Assembly: GCA_944390405.1 (NCBI GenBank)
Contig: CALXPS010000004.1
Coordinates: 8 to 64,007, forward strand
DNA from: an uncultured Clostridia bacterium
GTDB taxonomy: Bacteria > Bacillota > Clostridia > TANB77 > CAG-508
Reading direction: 5' to 3'
Length of the DNA stretch: 64,000 bases
A program made the position numbers and the translations under genes. Positions 1 to 9,993 of this stretch are shown piece after piece (position 1 is the first letter of the stretch; each line of letters opens with the position of its first letter). Under the pieces are notes generated by a model. The model worked only from the letters and a program-made list of their open reading frames with translations, had not been told where the DNA came from and searched no databases.

Positions 1-69
1 ACTTAAAACTTAGTTATACCAACTAGTTTAAGTGCGTATTTCCATTATTTTACTGTAAAATTCAGGATA

Positions 70-189
70 TTAATACAATTGCAGGGTAATTTCGCTATAT
101 ACCAGTCTCTCTGCGAACTTTAATTCTTTATTATATCTTACTCCTGCTGGGATAATTGCATAATAATTAGCTTGCATCTTTTCATTCAT
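70..189 (-). pseudogene. Remnant (39 codons) of a phage/plasmid replication-organiser-type HTH protein N-terminus
   Basis: Manual minus-strand translation from ATG at 189 gives MNEKMQANYYAIIPAGVRYNKELKFAERLVYSEITLQLY*. The 'YYAIIPA.VRY.K.L....L.Y.EIT' start resembles DnaD-like replication proteins of Firmicute phages/plasmids but stops after 39 aa. Below the ORF-track size cutoff. Confidence 0.3.
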
Positions 190-290
190 CTTTAGATTCG
201 CTCCTTTTCCCTGTCAATATTATTGCATATATAAATAATCCTAATATAAATTGCCACATTTTCATCAACTCCTTTTCCATTTTGTTCCCC

Positions 291-322
291 AAAAAAAAAA
301 CTGCTGCAAAAAACAGTTTTTT
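291..322. terminator. Bidirectional stem-loop terminator
   Basis: AAAAAACTG (295-303) pairs with CAGTTTTTT (313-321); A-run on one side, T-run on the other. Confidence 0.5.
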
Positions 323-327
323 ATAAG

Positions 328-1179
328 GTGTTTATAATCAATTTTTATTTATTTTTCAATACTTTCATTTGGTGTCTAAATTGTACACACTATGACTGTT
401 GTGTAGCTATGGCTGAACACATTGCAGGTAGCCAAGAATTGTTTGTTGAACAAATGAATAAACGTGCTAAAGAACTTGGAATGAATGATACTACATTTAA
501 AAATTGTCATGGATTAGATGAAAAAGGTCATGTTACATCTAGTTATGATATTGCACTTATGTCCAGAGAACTTATGTTAAATCACCCTTCTATTACAAAT
601 TACACTACAATTTGGATGGATACTTTAAGAAATGGTGAATCTCAGCTCGTAAACACTAATAAACTCCTTCGAAATTATGAAGGTTGTACTGGTTTAAAAA
701 CAGGTTCTACATCTACAGCTCTATTTAATCTTTCTGCAACTGCTACTAGAAATGATTTATCATTAATTGCAGTAATTATGCGTGCTGATACCAGTAACAT
801 TCGTTTTGCTGAAGCTAAAACATTATTAGACTATGGATTCAGTAATTTTGAGTACATGAAATATAGTAATAAGGGAGATATAGCTAAAAATGTACTAATT
901 AATAAAGGCACTTCAGATAGTTTAGATGTAATATTTGAAAGCAATGCAGGTAGCTTAATTCCTAAAGGTCAATCTGCAAATGTTACAACAACAGTTGTAT
1001 TGCCCGAAATATTAGAAGCACCAATTAATAAAGGAGATAAAGTTGGAGAAGTAATTTTTACTTTAAATGATGAAACTCTTGGCAAAGTAAATTTAGTTGC
1101 TAATGATACGGTAAAAAAATTAAATCTCGGCAATATGATTGCTTATGTGGTGGAACATTGGTTTACATTATTGAGATAA
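328..1179 (+). pseudogene. D-alanyl-D-alanine carboxypeptidase (peptidase S11, PBP5/DacB-like), 5'-truncated
   Basis: From about nt 400 the ORF reads AEHIAGS..FV..MN.RAKELGMNDTTF.N.HGL and contains the KTG motif (GLKTGSTS) plus a PBP5 C-terminal domain. The signal peptide, SxxK and SxN motifs are missing, and the first roughly 25 codons look non-homologous. Confidence 0.65.
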
Positions 1180-1195
1180 TCTTGGAACTACACAG

Positions 1196-1237
1196 AAATA
1201 ACAATCTATGAATGAAAATTCATGGATTGTTATTTTT
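1196..1237 (+). terminator. Rho-independent terminator after the dacB-like fragment
   Basis: 16-17 bp stem AAATAACAATCTATGAA / TTCATGGATTGTTATTT (one mismatch) followed by a T-run. Confidence 0.7.
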
Positions 1238-1389
1238 GCCTCATTTTCCACTTTTTTCCACTCTAAATAGGTTTATCTGTTATTATGTCGTAAATTATAT
1301 TTGTAAGGAGGTAATTTTTTAATTTAAAAGAGGATTAGTTATTTCTTATAGCTATCTGTAATTTTTTAAAGAAAGGGATGATATTTTTT

Positions 1390-2292
1390 ATGAATAAAAA
1401 AGCTTTAATTATATTATTTTTTATTTTATTTGTAATTATTTGTTCATCTATTGTTTTCGCAAATTTTATTGCTCGAGAAGAAAAAGTACCTGAGAAATTA
1501 GATTTGAGTGGAACAGTCTCAATGCAAGATTCATATGTAAAATTATCTACTAAAGATATAAATAATGAACAATATGTAAAAATAGCCAATGCTTCGCTAG
1601 ATGATCTTCCATTAACTGATAAACAATTTGACTTATCAAATGTAAATGTTTCTGCATATAAAGATAATGTAAATTCTTTAACAGAAATTGTTCTCCTAAA
1701 CGATGATATGAAGGTTTCTCTTAATGGTGAAACTGGTGAACTAATTTCTTATCTAAAAAAGAATTCAAAATGTCCAAAAAATACTTTGTCAGAATCTGTT
1801 ATTAAGAATAAGGCTTTAGAATTATTTAATAACTTTACAGAATCAAATGAATATGAGCTTTCTTTTTTAGAGCCTTTTGACGATGAACTTTATATTGCCA
1901 AGTTTTTCAAAAAATACGGTGAATTTACAAATCCCGGAGAGCGCATAACTTTAAGTTTTTCTCCAGAGACTTCAGAAATTATATCTTTTTCAAAGACTTC
2001 TGTGCCATTTGCTAATAATGAAGTTAAAATAACCGAAGATAAAGCAAGCGAAATCGCTATTCAATATATGGATGATAGTAGTGCAACAGACATGACAGTG
2101 TCTTTGGAAATAGTTACTCCTAATTATGGACTAAATAAACCTTTAATGAATACTTTCTTATATAAAAATTCAAATCAGACTCGTTTGGCTTATGTTTTCA
2201 GGTTTAATAATGATGCTAAAACTGAAATTTATATAGATTGTACGACAGGAACTACAATTGGAACAAACGGAATATTAGGAGGTGAATTTTAA
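1390..2292 (+). CDS. Secreted/membrane-anchored protein with PepSY-like repeats
   Basis: Start moved to MNKKALIILFF (hydrophobic signal/anchor). The C-terminal 'LAYVFRFNNDAKTEIYIDCTTGTTIG' resembles the PepSY motif (..vy.v....e..vDa.tG.i.). Its stop overlaps the next start (TAATG). Confidence 0.4.
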   Translation: MNKKALIILFFILFVIICSSIVFANFIAREEKVPEKLDLSGTVSMQDSYVKLSTKDINNEQYVKIANASLDDLPLTDKQFDLSNVNVSAYKDNVNSLTEIVLLNDDMKVSLNGETGELISYLKKNSKCPKNTLSESVIKNKALELFNNFTESNEYELSFLEPFDDELYIAKFFKKYGEFTNPGERITLSFSPETSEIISFSKTSVPFANNEVKITEDKASEIAIQYMDDSSATDMTVSLEIVTPNYGLNKPLMNTFLYKNSNQTRLAYVFRFNNDAKTEIYIDCTTGTTIGTNGILGGEF

Positions 2293-2933
2293 TGAGAAAA
2301 AAAGTTATATCCTCTATCTTTATTTTCTTACTAGTACTTTGTTCCTTACATATTTCTAGTTTTGCAGGTGTAGATCAGGTAAAATTATTTTTATCTACAG
2401 ATTTTACAAGCACTTCATTTGGTTCACAAGCAACAAACTATGCTGCTGACACATTTGAAAAATTAGGCTACGACATACAACGTCCTTCAATTCCTCTTCG
2501 TTACTTTGTTACCAATTCTAAATCTGTTGTTATGGATTATATTAGAGGAACTGGAGATAATTATGCATTTTTTGTATTTGCACATGGCAATGCTGGGCGT
2601 TTTACAATGAATGTTAATGATATTAACCAATATATATTTTCTGATGAAATCACTGGAGCTTGGCACCTTGTATTTATAAACAGCTGTAATTCTATGGCCA
2701 ACACCTCTTTGGCCGAAGCTTTTAGAACTGTAGGTTATAGTAATAGAGCCTCCCTTGGATGGTTCGATATCGTTACAGATGGTGGCTCTGCAGAGTGGTG
2801 GGGATATTTTAAAAATTATGCTGGTACAATGAGTTTAAGAGATGCATGTTTGGAAGCAGCTTCTCATTGTCAGCATTCAACTCCAATTAGAATTTTAGGC
2901 GATACATCTTGGTATGGATTTGCTTGGGATTAA
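2292..2933 (+). CDS. Secreted protein with clan-CD-like His/Cys dyad (putative cysteine peptidase fold)
   Basis: Signal peptide MRKKVISSIFIFLLVLCSLHISSFAG. A hydrophobic strand plus His-Gly (AFFVFAHGN) and a hydrophobic strand plus Cys (WHLVFINSCNS) match the arrangement in caspase/gingipain-fold enzymes. Confidence 0.3.
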   Translation: MRKKVISSIFIFLLVLCSLHISSFAGVDQVKLFLSTDFTSTSFGSQATNYAADTFEKLGYDIQRPSIPLRYFVTNSKSVVMDYIRGTGDNYAFFVFAHGNAGRFTMNVNDINQYIFSDEITGAWHLVFINSCNSMANTSLAEAFRTVGYSNRASLGWFDIVTDGGSAEWWGYFKNYAGTMSLRDACLEAASHCQHSTPIRILGDTSWYGFAWD

Positions 2934-2935
2934 AT

Positions 2936-2982
2936 AAAAAATTACCTTATTCCTACATGAAATTAGGAATAAGGTAATTTTT
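2936..2982. terminator. Bidirectional terminator between convergent genes
   Basis: AAAAATTACCTTATTCCTA / TAGGAATAAGGTAATTTTT perfect stem with flanking A/T runs. Confidence 0.7.
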
Positions 2983-3035
2983 ATGAATTTAATATAGCCG
3001 CTATTTTTTCAATAAATTCCTTTAACTCATCCATA

Positions 3036-3488
3036 TTAGTTTTTTTCCATTTCAAATGCTTTATAACATTCTTTATTATCACCATCTATATATATAAGAT
3101 TGAATTGTCTAGGCGATGTCTCTAAAATTATATCAATTTCTATATTGCCTTTATAAAATATTCTTAGTACGGAATTTTGTAAATATATTTCTTCTTCGAT
3201 ATTTTCTACTTCTACTGGAACATAATGTACATTATTTTTATCTAGTTGAAAATCTTCAAAAATAGCCTCATTTATTTCAGCTGGAATAGTTATTAAAGCT
3301 GTTTTTTCTGATTTCCCCATTTCGCATATATTTTTTCCATTAATTTGATAAATAATACATTCCGGTTTTTCTAACTGCCATTTTATAATTTGTTCTTTCT
3401 TTTCTATATTTACTACTTGAATAATTATTCCTATTGCTATTACTAAAATTAATAAAATAATTAGAGTTATTACTATATTTTTATTCAT
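3036..3488 (-). CDS. Single-pass membrane protein, unknown function
   Basis: N-terminal TM helix (IVITLIILLILVIAIGIIIQVV). Its start overlaps the stop of the upstream regulator by 4 nt. Confidence 0.5.
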   Translation of the reverse strand: MNKNIVITLIILLILVIAIGIIIQVVNIEKKEQIIKWQLEKPECIIYQINGKNICEMGKSEKTALITIPAEINEAIFEDFQLDKNNVHYVPVEVENIEEEIYLQNSVLRIFYKGNIEIDIILETSPRQFNLIYIDGDNKECYKAFEMEKN

Positions 3489-4210
3489 AGTTCTTTTACT
3501 TCCTTTCTATATCTTTCATATACTACTCTCATAAAGTATTTGGGTGTAATTCTTTTATGCTTTAGGAAATATTCTTCAAGTTTTTCCTTTTCTGTAAACC
3601 TAGTCATTGAGTTTATACTTTTTATTATGCACCACTTAATTTTATTACTATTTTCTAAATTATACTTATTTGCTAACATTTTATATATATTATTTTCCAT
3701 GTCGACTAAATATTCAGGATTATCTATAATTCTTATCACAGCTTCCATTAAATAGCTAAACCCTTTACTGGATTTATTAAAATCAAATTCATTTAATATA
3801 TTTTCTATAACTTTTATTTTGTTTCTTCTTTTCCTATTTCCCATTATATTCAAAATATCTTTATATATAGTCTTTATATCTATTGGTTTTAGTAATATAC
3901 AGCTTATAAATCTATAATATTCTAAGTTCAACTTATTTAATAGTTTTCTCTCACCAGTTATTATTACAACATCTGTGTTTATTTCTTCTAATTCATTTAT
4001 TTTCTTTAATACTTCTAAACCATTTACTTTTGGCATTTTTAAATCTAATACTAGTATATCAATGGGAGTAGCCTTCATAATGTCTAATGCTTCTTGTCCA
4101 TTAGTACTTGTAATAATTTGTGCTTTTAAATTTTTCAATTTTTCGCAAAATCCATTTAAGACTTGTATGTCATCTTCAGCAAGCAAAATAGTCGTGTTAT
4201 TTCCTACCAT
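3485..4210 (-). CDS. Orphan response regulator with divergent Spo0A_C-like DNA-binding domain
   Basis: REC domain carries LLAEDD, phospho-acceptor VLDLKMP, IITG and LLKP. The C-terminus 'KGFSYLMEAVIRII...IYKMLANKY...KIKWCIIKSINSMT...ITPKYFMRVV' follows the Spo0A C-terminal pattern (IKGY.YLREAI...LYP.IA...VERAIRHAIE...PTNSEFIA) but is strongly diverged. Start chosen at the ATG with an AGGTGA RBS. Confidence 0.55.
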   Translation of the reverse strand: MVGNNTTILLAEDDIQVLNGFCEKLKNLKAQIITSTNGQEALDIMKATPIDILVLDLKMPKVNGLEVLKKINELEEINTDVVIITGERKLLNKLNLEYYRFISCILLKPIDIKTIYKDILNIMGNRKRRNKIKVIENILNEFDFNKSSKGFSYLMEAVIRIIDNPEYLVDMENNIYKMLANKYNLENSNKIKWCIIKSINSMTRFTEKEKLEEYFLKHKRITPKYFMRVVYERYRKEVKEL

Positions 4211-4236
4211 AAATATCACCTATTTGATTTCTTAAC

Positions 4237-4992
4237 CTACTTATTTCCCGTTTCCATTTGTTGCTCTATCATTCTATTAATTTCATCTAATCTTTTTTCT
4301 TCTAAATTTTCTATTAATTCTATAAATGGCTTCAAATTTCCTGTTGTTGCGTATAAGTCTAGTGCATTATAATATTCTAATCTATCTTCTACTTTTATGC
4401 TTACAGGTAAATATCCATTGCTCATTAATTGATAGTTCATTATTAGCCTTGATGTCCTTCCATTGCCATCTGGGAAGGGATGTATTTTTACAAATTCTGC
4501 ATGTGTCCATGCTACAAGTTCTATTGGATCCATTGTTGATATGTTTTGTTTCATCTCTTCATAGAAAAATTTTAATTGATTATACATTTCGTTTGGTGTT
4601 GGTGGTGTATGTTTAGCTCCTGTAATAACTACATCAGTATTTCTATAAATTCCTCCTTGCATTATGTTTTCTGTTAATATTTCATGGATATCTTTTATTT
4701 TTATTTCATCTAATGTTTCGTTTTGTTCTATACATTTTTTCACATAATCAAATGCTTTGTTATGGTTTATTACTTCATATATTTCTCTTAACTCTTTTCC
4801 ACCTATTGATATTTTATCCTCTAGTACAGCTTTTGTTTCTATAAGTGTTAATGTGTTTCCTTCTATTGTTGTTGAATTATATGTAAAGTCTATGTCAAAT
4901 GCTTTGTCTATTTTTTCGCGTAACTCAACACTTAATATGTTTTTGTTTTCATTATAAAATTCTTTCTTTTTTAACAATTCCACTTTTTCCAT
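4237..4992 (-). CDS. Fic-domain protein (class II; AMPylase family)
   Basis: Fic motif HPFPDGNGRTSR. An N-terminal inhibitory-helix motif (S/T)xxxE(G/N) is present as STTIEGN. Confidence 0.85.
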   Translation of the reverse strand: MEKVELLKKKEFYNENKNILSVELREKIDKAFDIDFTYNSTTIEGNTLTLIETKAVLEDKISIGGKELREIYEVINHNKAFDYVKKCIEQNETLDEIKIKDIHEILTENIMQGGIYRNTDVVITGAKHTPPTPNEMYNQLKFFYEEMKQNISTMDPIELVAWTHAEFVKIHPFPDGNGRTSRLIMNYQLMSNGYLPVSIKVEDRLEYYNALDLYATTGNLKPFIELIENLEEKRLDEINRMIEQQMETGNK

Positions 4993-5284
4993 ACACATTA
5001 CCTTCCTTTATTTTTTTGCTATACTTAAAGTTAAGCTATATGCATTATAGCACTTTTCTTTTGCGAAATTTGTCGAAACTAGTCGTTTTTTTTATTTTCT
5101 TATTGTCAATTTTTTGTTCAGTTAAACTTTACATTTTAAATTAAAAATCTCTGTATTTTCAAGCTTTTTATCGGTATAGTTGTAAAGTTTTACTTATAGT
5201 TTTTAGCTTTATTTGTTTCTTAATGGTTTACTTTTTTAATAATTTATTGTATAATTATTGTATATTTTTAAAGGAGAATTTTTT

Positions 5285-5947
5285 ATGTATGATATTAATA
5301 ATATAAATGTTGGAGAAGCCCTTAGAAGCTTTAGAAAAATTAATCGTTTAACTTTAAGTGAAGTTGGTAAAAAACTTAATAGAACAAAGGCAACTATTTC
5401 TAAATATGAAAAAAATGAAATAATACCAGATGCAGTAACTTTGCTAAAATTATGTAATGCTTTAAATATCAGTCTTTCTGACTTATTTCCTATAAATGAA
5501 CATATTAATAAATTTCCTTTTGGAAATAAATTGTATTTGTATTATTTAAAAGATGAGGAAATTATATGTTCTATTATTAATGTATTTATAGACAATTACA
5601 AATATAAAGCCAAATTATGTAACTACTCTTATGATAATAATCTTGAATATTGCTTAGATGGAGTACTTGAATATGATAGTCCTATTATATCTATTTCTTT
5701 GAAAAATAGTACTATTTCAAATGTACCTTTTAAATCTATGCAAATTATTATAAATGCAGAATCTATCAATTCCTTGAAATGTTTTAACTGTTTTGTTATT
5801 GATATAACTTCTAGTTTTTCTCCAATTACTAGAAAAGGGATTATTTCTCAAACCCCTATATCTAATATTAGTGAGCATACTGATATATTAACAATCAATA
5901 AATCAAAGTCTAAGCAGATTTTTAGTAATAATGAATGGAAATTATAA
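5285..5947 (+). CDS. XRE-family HTH regulator with uncharacterised C-terminal domain
   Basis: HTH_3-like 'LRSFRKINRLTLSEVGKKLNRTKATISKYEKNEIIPDAVTLLKLCNALNISLSDLF'. Start at the ATG preceded by an AAAGGAG RBS. Divergent from the Fic gene. Confidence 0.8.
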   Translation: MYDINNINVGEALRSFRKINRLTLSEVGKKLNRTKATISKYEKNEIIPDAVTLLKLCNALNISLSDLFPINEHINKFPFGNKLYLYYLKDEEIICSIINVFIDNYKYKAKLCNYSYDNNLEYCLDGVLEYDSPIISISLKNSTISNVPFKSMQIIINAESINSLKCFNCFVIDITSSFSPITRKGIISQTPISNISEHTDILTINKSKSKQIFSNNEWKL

Positions 5948-5952
5948 TATAT

Positions 5953-6912
5953 TTATATGAATTCATAGTCCAATAATTCTATTTCATTTGATATAAATTC
6001 TATATTATTGTCTATTGGCTTACTTAAATCTGTTGTTAAATATTTTTTATTATCATCAGGAAATACTGTTACTATTTCCTTTGTATTCTTTGCTTTTGCA
6101 ATCACACTTGCTATCATATTTGCTCCTGATGATATTCCTACTCCAATTCCAAGCTCTAATGCTATTTTTCGTGCCATGTTTATGCTATCATCATCATTTA
6201 CTAATATTATTTCATCAATAAGTGTTCTATCTACTAATTCTGGAATAAAGTCATCTCCAATTCCTTCTATTTTATGTGTTCCACCTTCCTTATTTTGAGA
6301 TAGCATTGGCATTTTATCAGGTTCTAAAGCATAAATCTTTATGCTATTGTCTAGTTCTTTTAAGCGTTTCCCTACTCCTGTAAGAGTACCTCCTGTGCCT
6401 ATTCCTGAAACAAATCCTCCTATTTTTAATCCTAATTTTCTTGTTATTTCTTCTGCTGTAGTTTCATAGTGTGCTAATATATTATTCTTATTCCCAAATT
6501 GATTTGCCAAAAAACCTCCATTTTGTTTTGCAAATTCTTGTGCCTTTTCAACTGCTTTTTTAAAGCCTCCTTCTTCTTTTGAAATTAATGTTACTTCTGC
6601 ATTATACATTTTCATTATGTCAATTCTTTCTTTACTTACCCAATCTGGCATAAATATATTAACTGGGTTTCCAAAGTATGCTCCCATTGCTGCAAGTGAA
6701 ATTCCAGTATTGCCACTAGTTGCTTCAACTATCATTTGCCCTTTTTGTAAATCACCATTTTCATATGCTTTTTTTATAATATAATATGCAACTCTGTCTT
6801 TTATACTTCCTGTTATATTATAAAATTCTAGTTTTGTATAAATATAATTTTCTTCTCCTTTATATTTATATTTTATTTTTATCATTGGGGTATTCCCTAT
6901 TTTTAATTCCAT
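5953..6912 (-). CDS. cysK: Cysteine synthase (O-acetylserine sulfhydrylase)
   Basis: PLP-lysine context GSIKDR, EATSGNTGISLA, GTGGT loop; 319 aa. Confidence 0.85.
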   Translation of the reverse strand: MELKIGNTPMIKIKYKYKGEENYIYTKLEFYNITGSIKDRVAYYIIKKAYENGDLQKGQMIVEATSGNTGISLAAMGAYFGNPVNIFMPDWVSKERIDIMKMYNAEVTLISKEEGGFKKAVEKAQEFAKQNGGFLANQFGNKNNILAHYETTAEEITRKLGLKIGGFVSGIGTGGTLTGVGKRLKELDNSIKIYALEPDKMPMLSQNKEGGTHKIEGIGDDFIPELVDRTLIDEIILVNDDDSINMARKIALELGIGVGISSGANMIASVIAKAKNTKEIVTVFPDDNKKYLTTDLSKPIDNNIEFISNEIELLDYEFI

Positions 6913-7010
6913 AATTATCCCTCACTCTACATTAATATATGATATTAATATTTTAAATGATAAAGTAAAAGGATAGGATTATACTAAATTTCCCATCCCT
7001 TTGTTTTAAT

Positions 7011-9041
7011 TTATCTACTTTTAGTTTTTTTTGTTGAAGCTCTTTTTTTTGTTGTTTTCTTCTGCTTATTTTCTGTTCCTGGTTTATTCCAAGATATATA
7101 ATCACATTTTTCTGGATTGTTTTCACATATATAGTAGTTTCTCCTTTTTTTTGTTTTCCTTATTTGCACTTTGCCACCGCATTTTGGGCATGGTTCATCT
7201 ATTGTTTCTATTAATGGTTTTGCATTTTGACATTCTGGATATCCTGGACATGCTAAAAATTTGCCATATTTACCATATTTTATTACCATCATTCTACCAC
7301 ATTTTTCACATGGTACATCTGATACTTCATATTCTAATTTTACGTGTTCTAGCTCTTTTTCTACTTTTTCTACAACTTGCTCAAATGGGCCATAAAAATC
7401 TTTTATAACTTTTTTCCATTCTTCTTTTCCTTCAGCTATCTTATCAAATTGTTCTTCCATTTCTGCTGTAAATTCTACATTAATAACTGCTGGGAAATTT
7501 TCTACAAGTAATTTATTTACTATTCTTCCGAGTTCTGTTGGATGAAGTTGTTTTTGTATTTTTTCAATGTATCTTCTTGCAAGTATTGTTGTAATTGTTG
7601 GAGAATAAGTACTTGGTCTTCCTATGCCTTTTTCCTCTAATGTTTTAACTAAACTTGCTTCTGTATACCTTGGTGGTGGTTCTGTAAAGCTTTGTTTTGT
7701 TTCTAGTTTTTCTTTTTTTAGCTCTTGACCTTCTACTAATGGTGGAATTTTTTCAAATTCTTCTTTTTCTTCAAAATCTGCTGTTTCTACATATAATGTC
7801 ATAAATCCTTTAAATTTTATTGATTGTCCATTTGCTCTAAAGTTATAGCCCTCTGCTAGTATTTTTACTGCTATTGTATCATATACAGCAGCTGCCATTT
7901 GGCTTGCTATAAATCTATTATATATTAATCTATATAGTTTATATTGGTCTGTTGTAAGGCTTGATTTTATTTTTTCTGGTGATAATTCTACATATGTTGG
8001 TCTTATTGCTTCATGTGCATCTTGTGCTTCTGATTTTGTTCTATAGTATCTATTTTCATAATATTCTTTCCCATATTCATTTTCTATATACTCTTTTGCC
8101 CATTTTCTTGCTTCTTCTGATATTCTAGTTGAGTCTGTTCTCATATAAGTAATTAAACCAACTGTTCCTTTTTCTGGTATTTTTACACCTTCATAAAGTC
8201 CTTGTGCTACAGACATCGTTTTTTTAATTGCAAATCCTAATTTTCTTGATGCTTCTTGTTGCATTGTGCTTGTTGTAAATGGTGGTGCAGGTGTCCTTTT
8301 CTTTTCTCCTTTTTTTACTTCTTCTACTATATATTTAGCATTTTCTATCTTTTCTAGTATTTCATTTACTTCTTTTTCTGAATGAATATCTACTTTCTTA
8401 TTATCTTTTCCATAGAATTTTGCTTGGAAAGTTTTTCTGCTTTTTTGGTCTTTTAGATGTGCATATATATTCCAATATTCTTCTGGTACAAAGTTTTCTA
8501 TTTCTTCTTCTCTTTCTACAATCAATCTTACTGCAACTGATTGAACTCTTCCTGCTGATAATCCTTTTTGTACTTTTTTCCATAATACTGGGCTTATTTT
8601 ATATCCTACTATTCTATCTAATACTCTTCTTGCTTGCTGTGCATCTGTTAAGTCCATATCTATTTTTCTTGGTTCTTTTATTGCGTTTTTTACCGCTTCT
8701 TTTGTAATTTCATTAAATGTTACTCTACAAATTTCATCTGGATTTATTCCTAGAATATATGCTAAGTGCCACGCAATTGCTTCTCCTTCACGGTCAGGGT
8801 CAGTTGCAAGATAAATTTTCTTTGCATTTTTTGCATCTTTTTTTAGGCTCTTTATTAAATCTCCTTTTCCTCTAATATTTATATATTGTGGTTCAAATGT
8901 TTTTTCATCTACTCCTAATTTAGATTTTGGTAAGTCTCTAATATGTCCCATTGATGCTACAACTTTTGTATTTCCACCCAAGAATTTTTTTATTGTATTT
9001 GCCTTTGCAGGTGATTCTACTATTATTAATTTATCTGTCAT
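7011..9041 (-). CDS. topA: DNA topoisomerase I
   Basis: TOPRIM start LIIVESPAKA..I..FLG, the core, and C-terminal Cys4 zinc ribbons (CEKCGRMM...CPGYPEC; CPKCGG...C). Confidence 0.95.
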   Translation of the reverse strand: MTDKLIIVESPAKANTIKKFLGGNTKVVASMGHIRDLPKSKLGVDEKTFEPQYINIRGKGDLIKSLKKDAKNAKKIYLATDPDREGEAIAWHLAYILGINPDEICRVTFNEITKEAVKNAIKEPRKIDMDLTDAQQARRVLDRIVGYKISPVLWKKVQKGLSAGRVQSVAVRLIVEREEEIENFVPEEYWNIYAHLKDQKSRKTFQAKFYGKDNKKVDIHSEKEVNEILEKIENAKYIVEEVKKGEKKRTPAPPFTTSTMQQEASRKLGFAIKKTMSVAQGLYEGVKIPEKGTVGLITYMRTDSTRISEEARKWAKEYIENEYGKEYYENRYYRTKSEAQDAHEAIRPTYVELSPEKIKSSLTTDQYKLYRLIYNRFIASQMAAAVYDTIAVKILAEGYNFRANGQSIKFKGFMTLYVETADFEEKEEFEKIPPLVEGQELKKEKLETKQSFTEPPPRYTEASLVKTLEEKGIGRPSTYSPTITTILARRYIEKIQKQLHPTELGRIVNKLLVENFPAVINVEFTAEMEEQFDKIAEGKEEWKKVIKDFYGPFEQVVEKVEKELEHVKLEYEVSDVPCEKCGRMMVIKYGKYGKFLACPGYPECQNAKPLIETIDEPCPKCGGKVQIRKTKKRRNYYICENNPEKCDYISWNKPGTENKQKKTTKKRASTKKTKSR

Positions 9042-9115
9042 ATAAAATTTCTTTCCTTTCTGATCTAAATTTAATGTGAATAATTTAAATTCTTAAATGC
9101 TTTCACTTTAAATCT

Positions 9116-9985
9116 TTATCTTATGAATTGTATTATTTGTTTAGCTAGCATTTCTTCTTTTCCTGTATATCCATGGTCTGCACCATCTATATATCCTATA
9201 TCTAATTTATCGTTTTTTATTTTAGATTTTAGAAAAGAAACTAGTTCATCTAAATTTTGTATTACTAATTCGTGTACATTTCCCCATCTTAAAAATAGTG
9301 GAATTTGTATATTGTTTAGTTCTTTAAAATCATAATTTTTGTCACTAAATTTAGCAAAATCTATTTTTTCATTATATTTAAAATATCTTAGATATGTTTT
9401 TACACTTATTGGATGGTCAAAACTTCCTAACGGCATTAATTCATCTAACTTTCCTTCTTTTTCTTTTGTTTCTGCATATTCCATCATTTCGTCATACTTA
9501 TTCCCTAGGTCATATTTTTGGCAGTCTGGAATATCTACTAATGATAATAGAATTATTCCTTTTATATTACTTACATTATTTTCTTGTTTTAATTTATTAT
9601 ATCCATAAACTATTTTTGTACACCCCAAGCTGTGCCCTTGTAAATATATGTCATTAAATCCTAATTCTATCATTTTATTTATTGCACCTTTTATATCATA
9701 ATAACCATCTAGTACATCTTCATATACTGCTCCCCCGTTTAGTAGCTTTTCCCCGTTAGTCTTTCTAGTATATGTCATTAATTCATGCCCTCTGTTATTA
9801 AATGCAAAATATGCAATCCCTGCTTCTGATATTGTTTTTGATAGTATATGTTCTCTAGTTTTTAAACAGTTGCTTTGCATACCATGTATTGATATTACAA
9901 CTTTATTAGTAGGATTATTTGGTGTTTCTAATAACCCTACTAATTCTATATCATCTTCTGTATTAAAATAAATTCTTTCTAACAT
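9116..9985 (-). CDS. Alpha/beta hydrolase
   Basis: Nucleophile elbow GHSLGC. Start moved to MLERIYF, preceded by an AGGAGG RBS. Confidence 0.6.
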   Translation of the reverse strand: MLERIYFNTEDDIELVGLLETPNNPTNKVVISIHGMQSNCLKTREHILSKTISEAGIAYFAFNNRGHELMTYTRKTNGEKLLNGGAVYEDVLDGYYDIKGAINKMIELGFNDIYLQGHSLGCTKIVYGYNKLKQENNVSNIKGIILLSLVDIPDCQKYDLGNKYDEMMEYAETKEKEGKLDELMPLGSFDHPISVKTYLRYFKYNEKIDFAKFSDKNYDFKELNNIQIPLFLRWGNVHELVIQNLDELVSFLKSKIKNDKLDIGYIDGADHGYTGKEEMLAKQIIQFIR

Positions 9986-9993
9986 ACTTCCTC

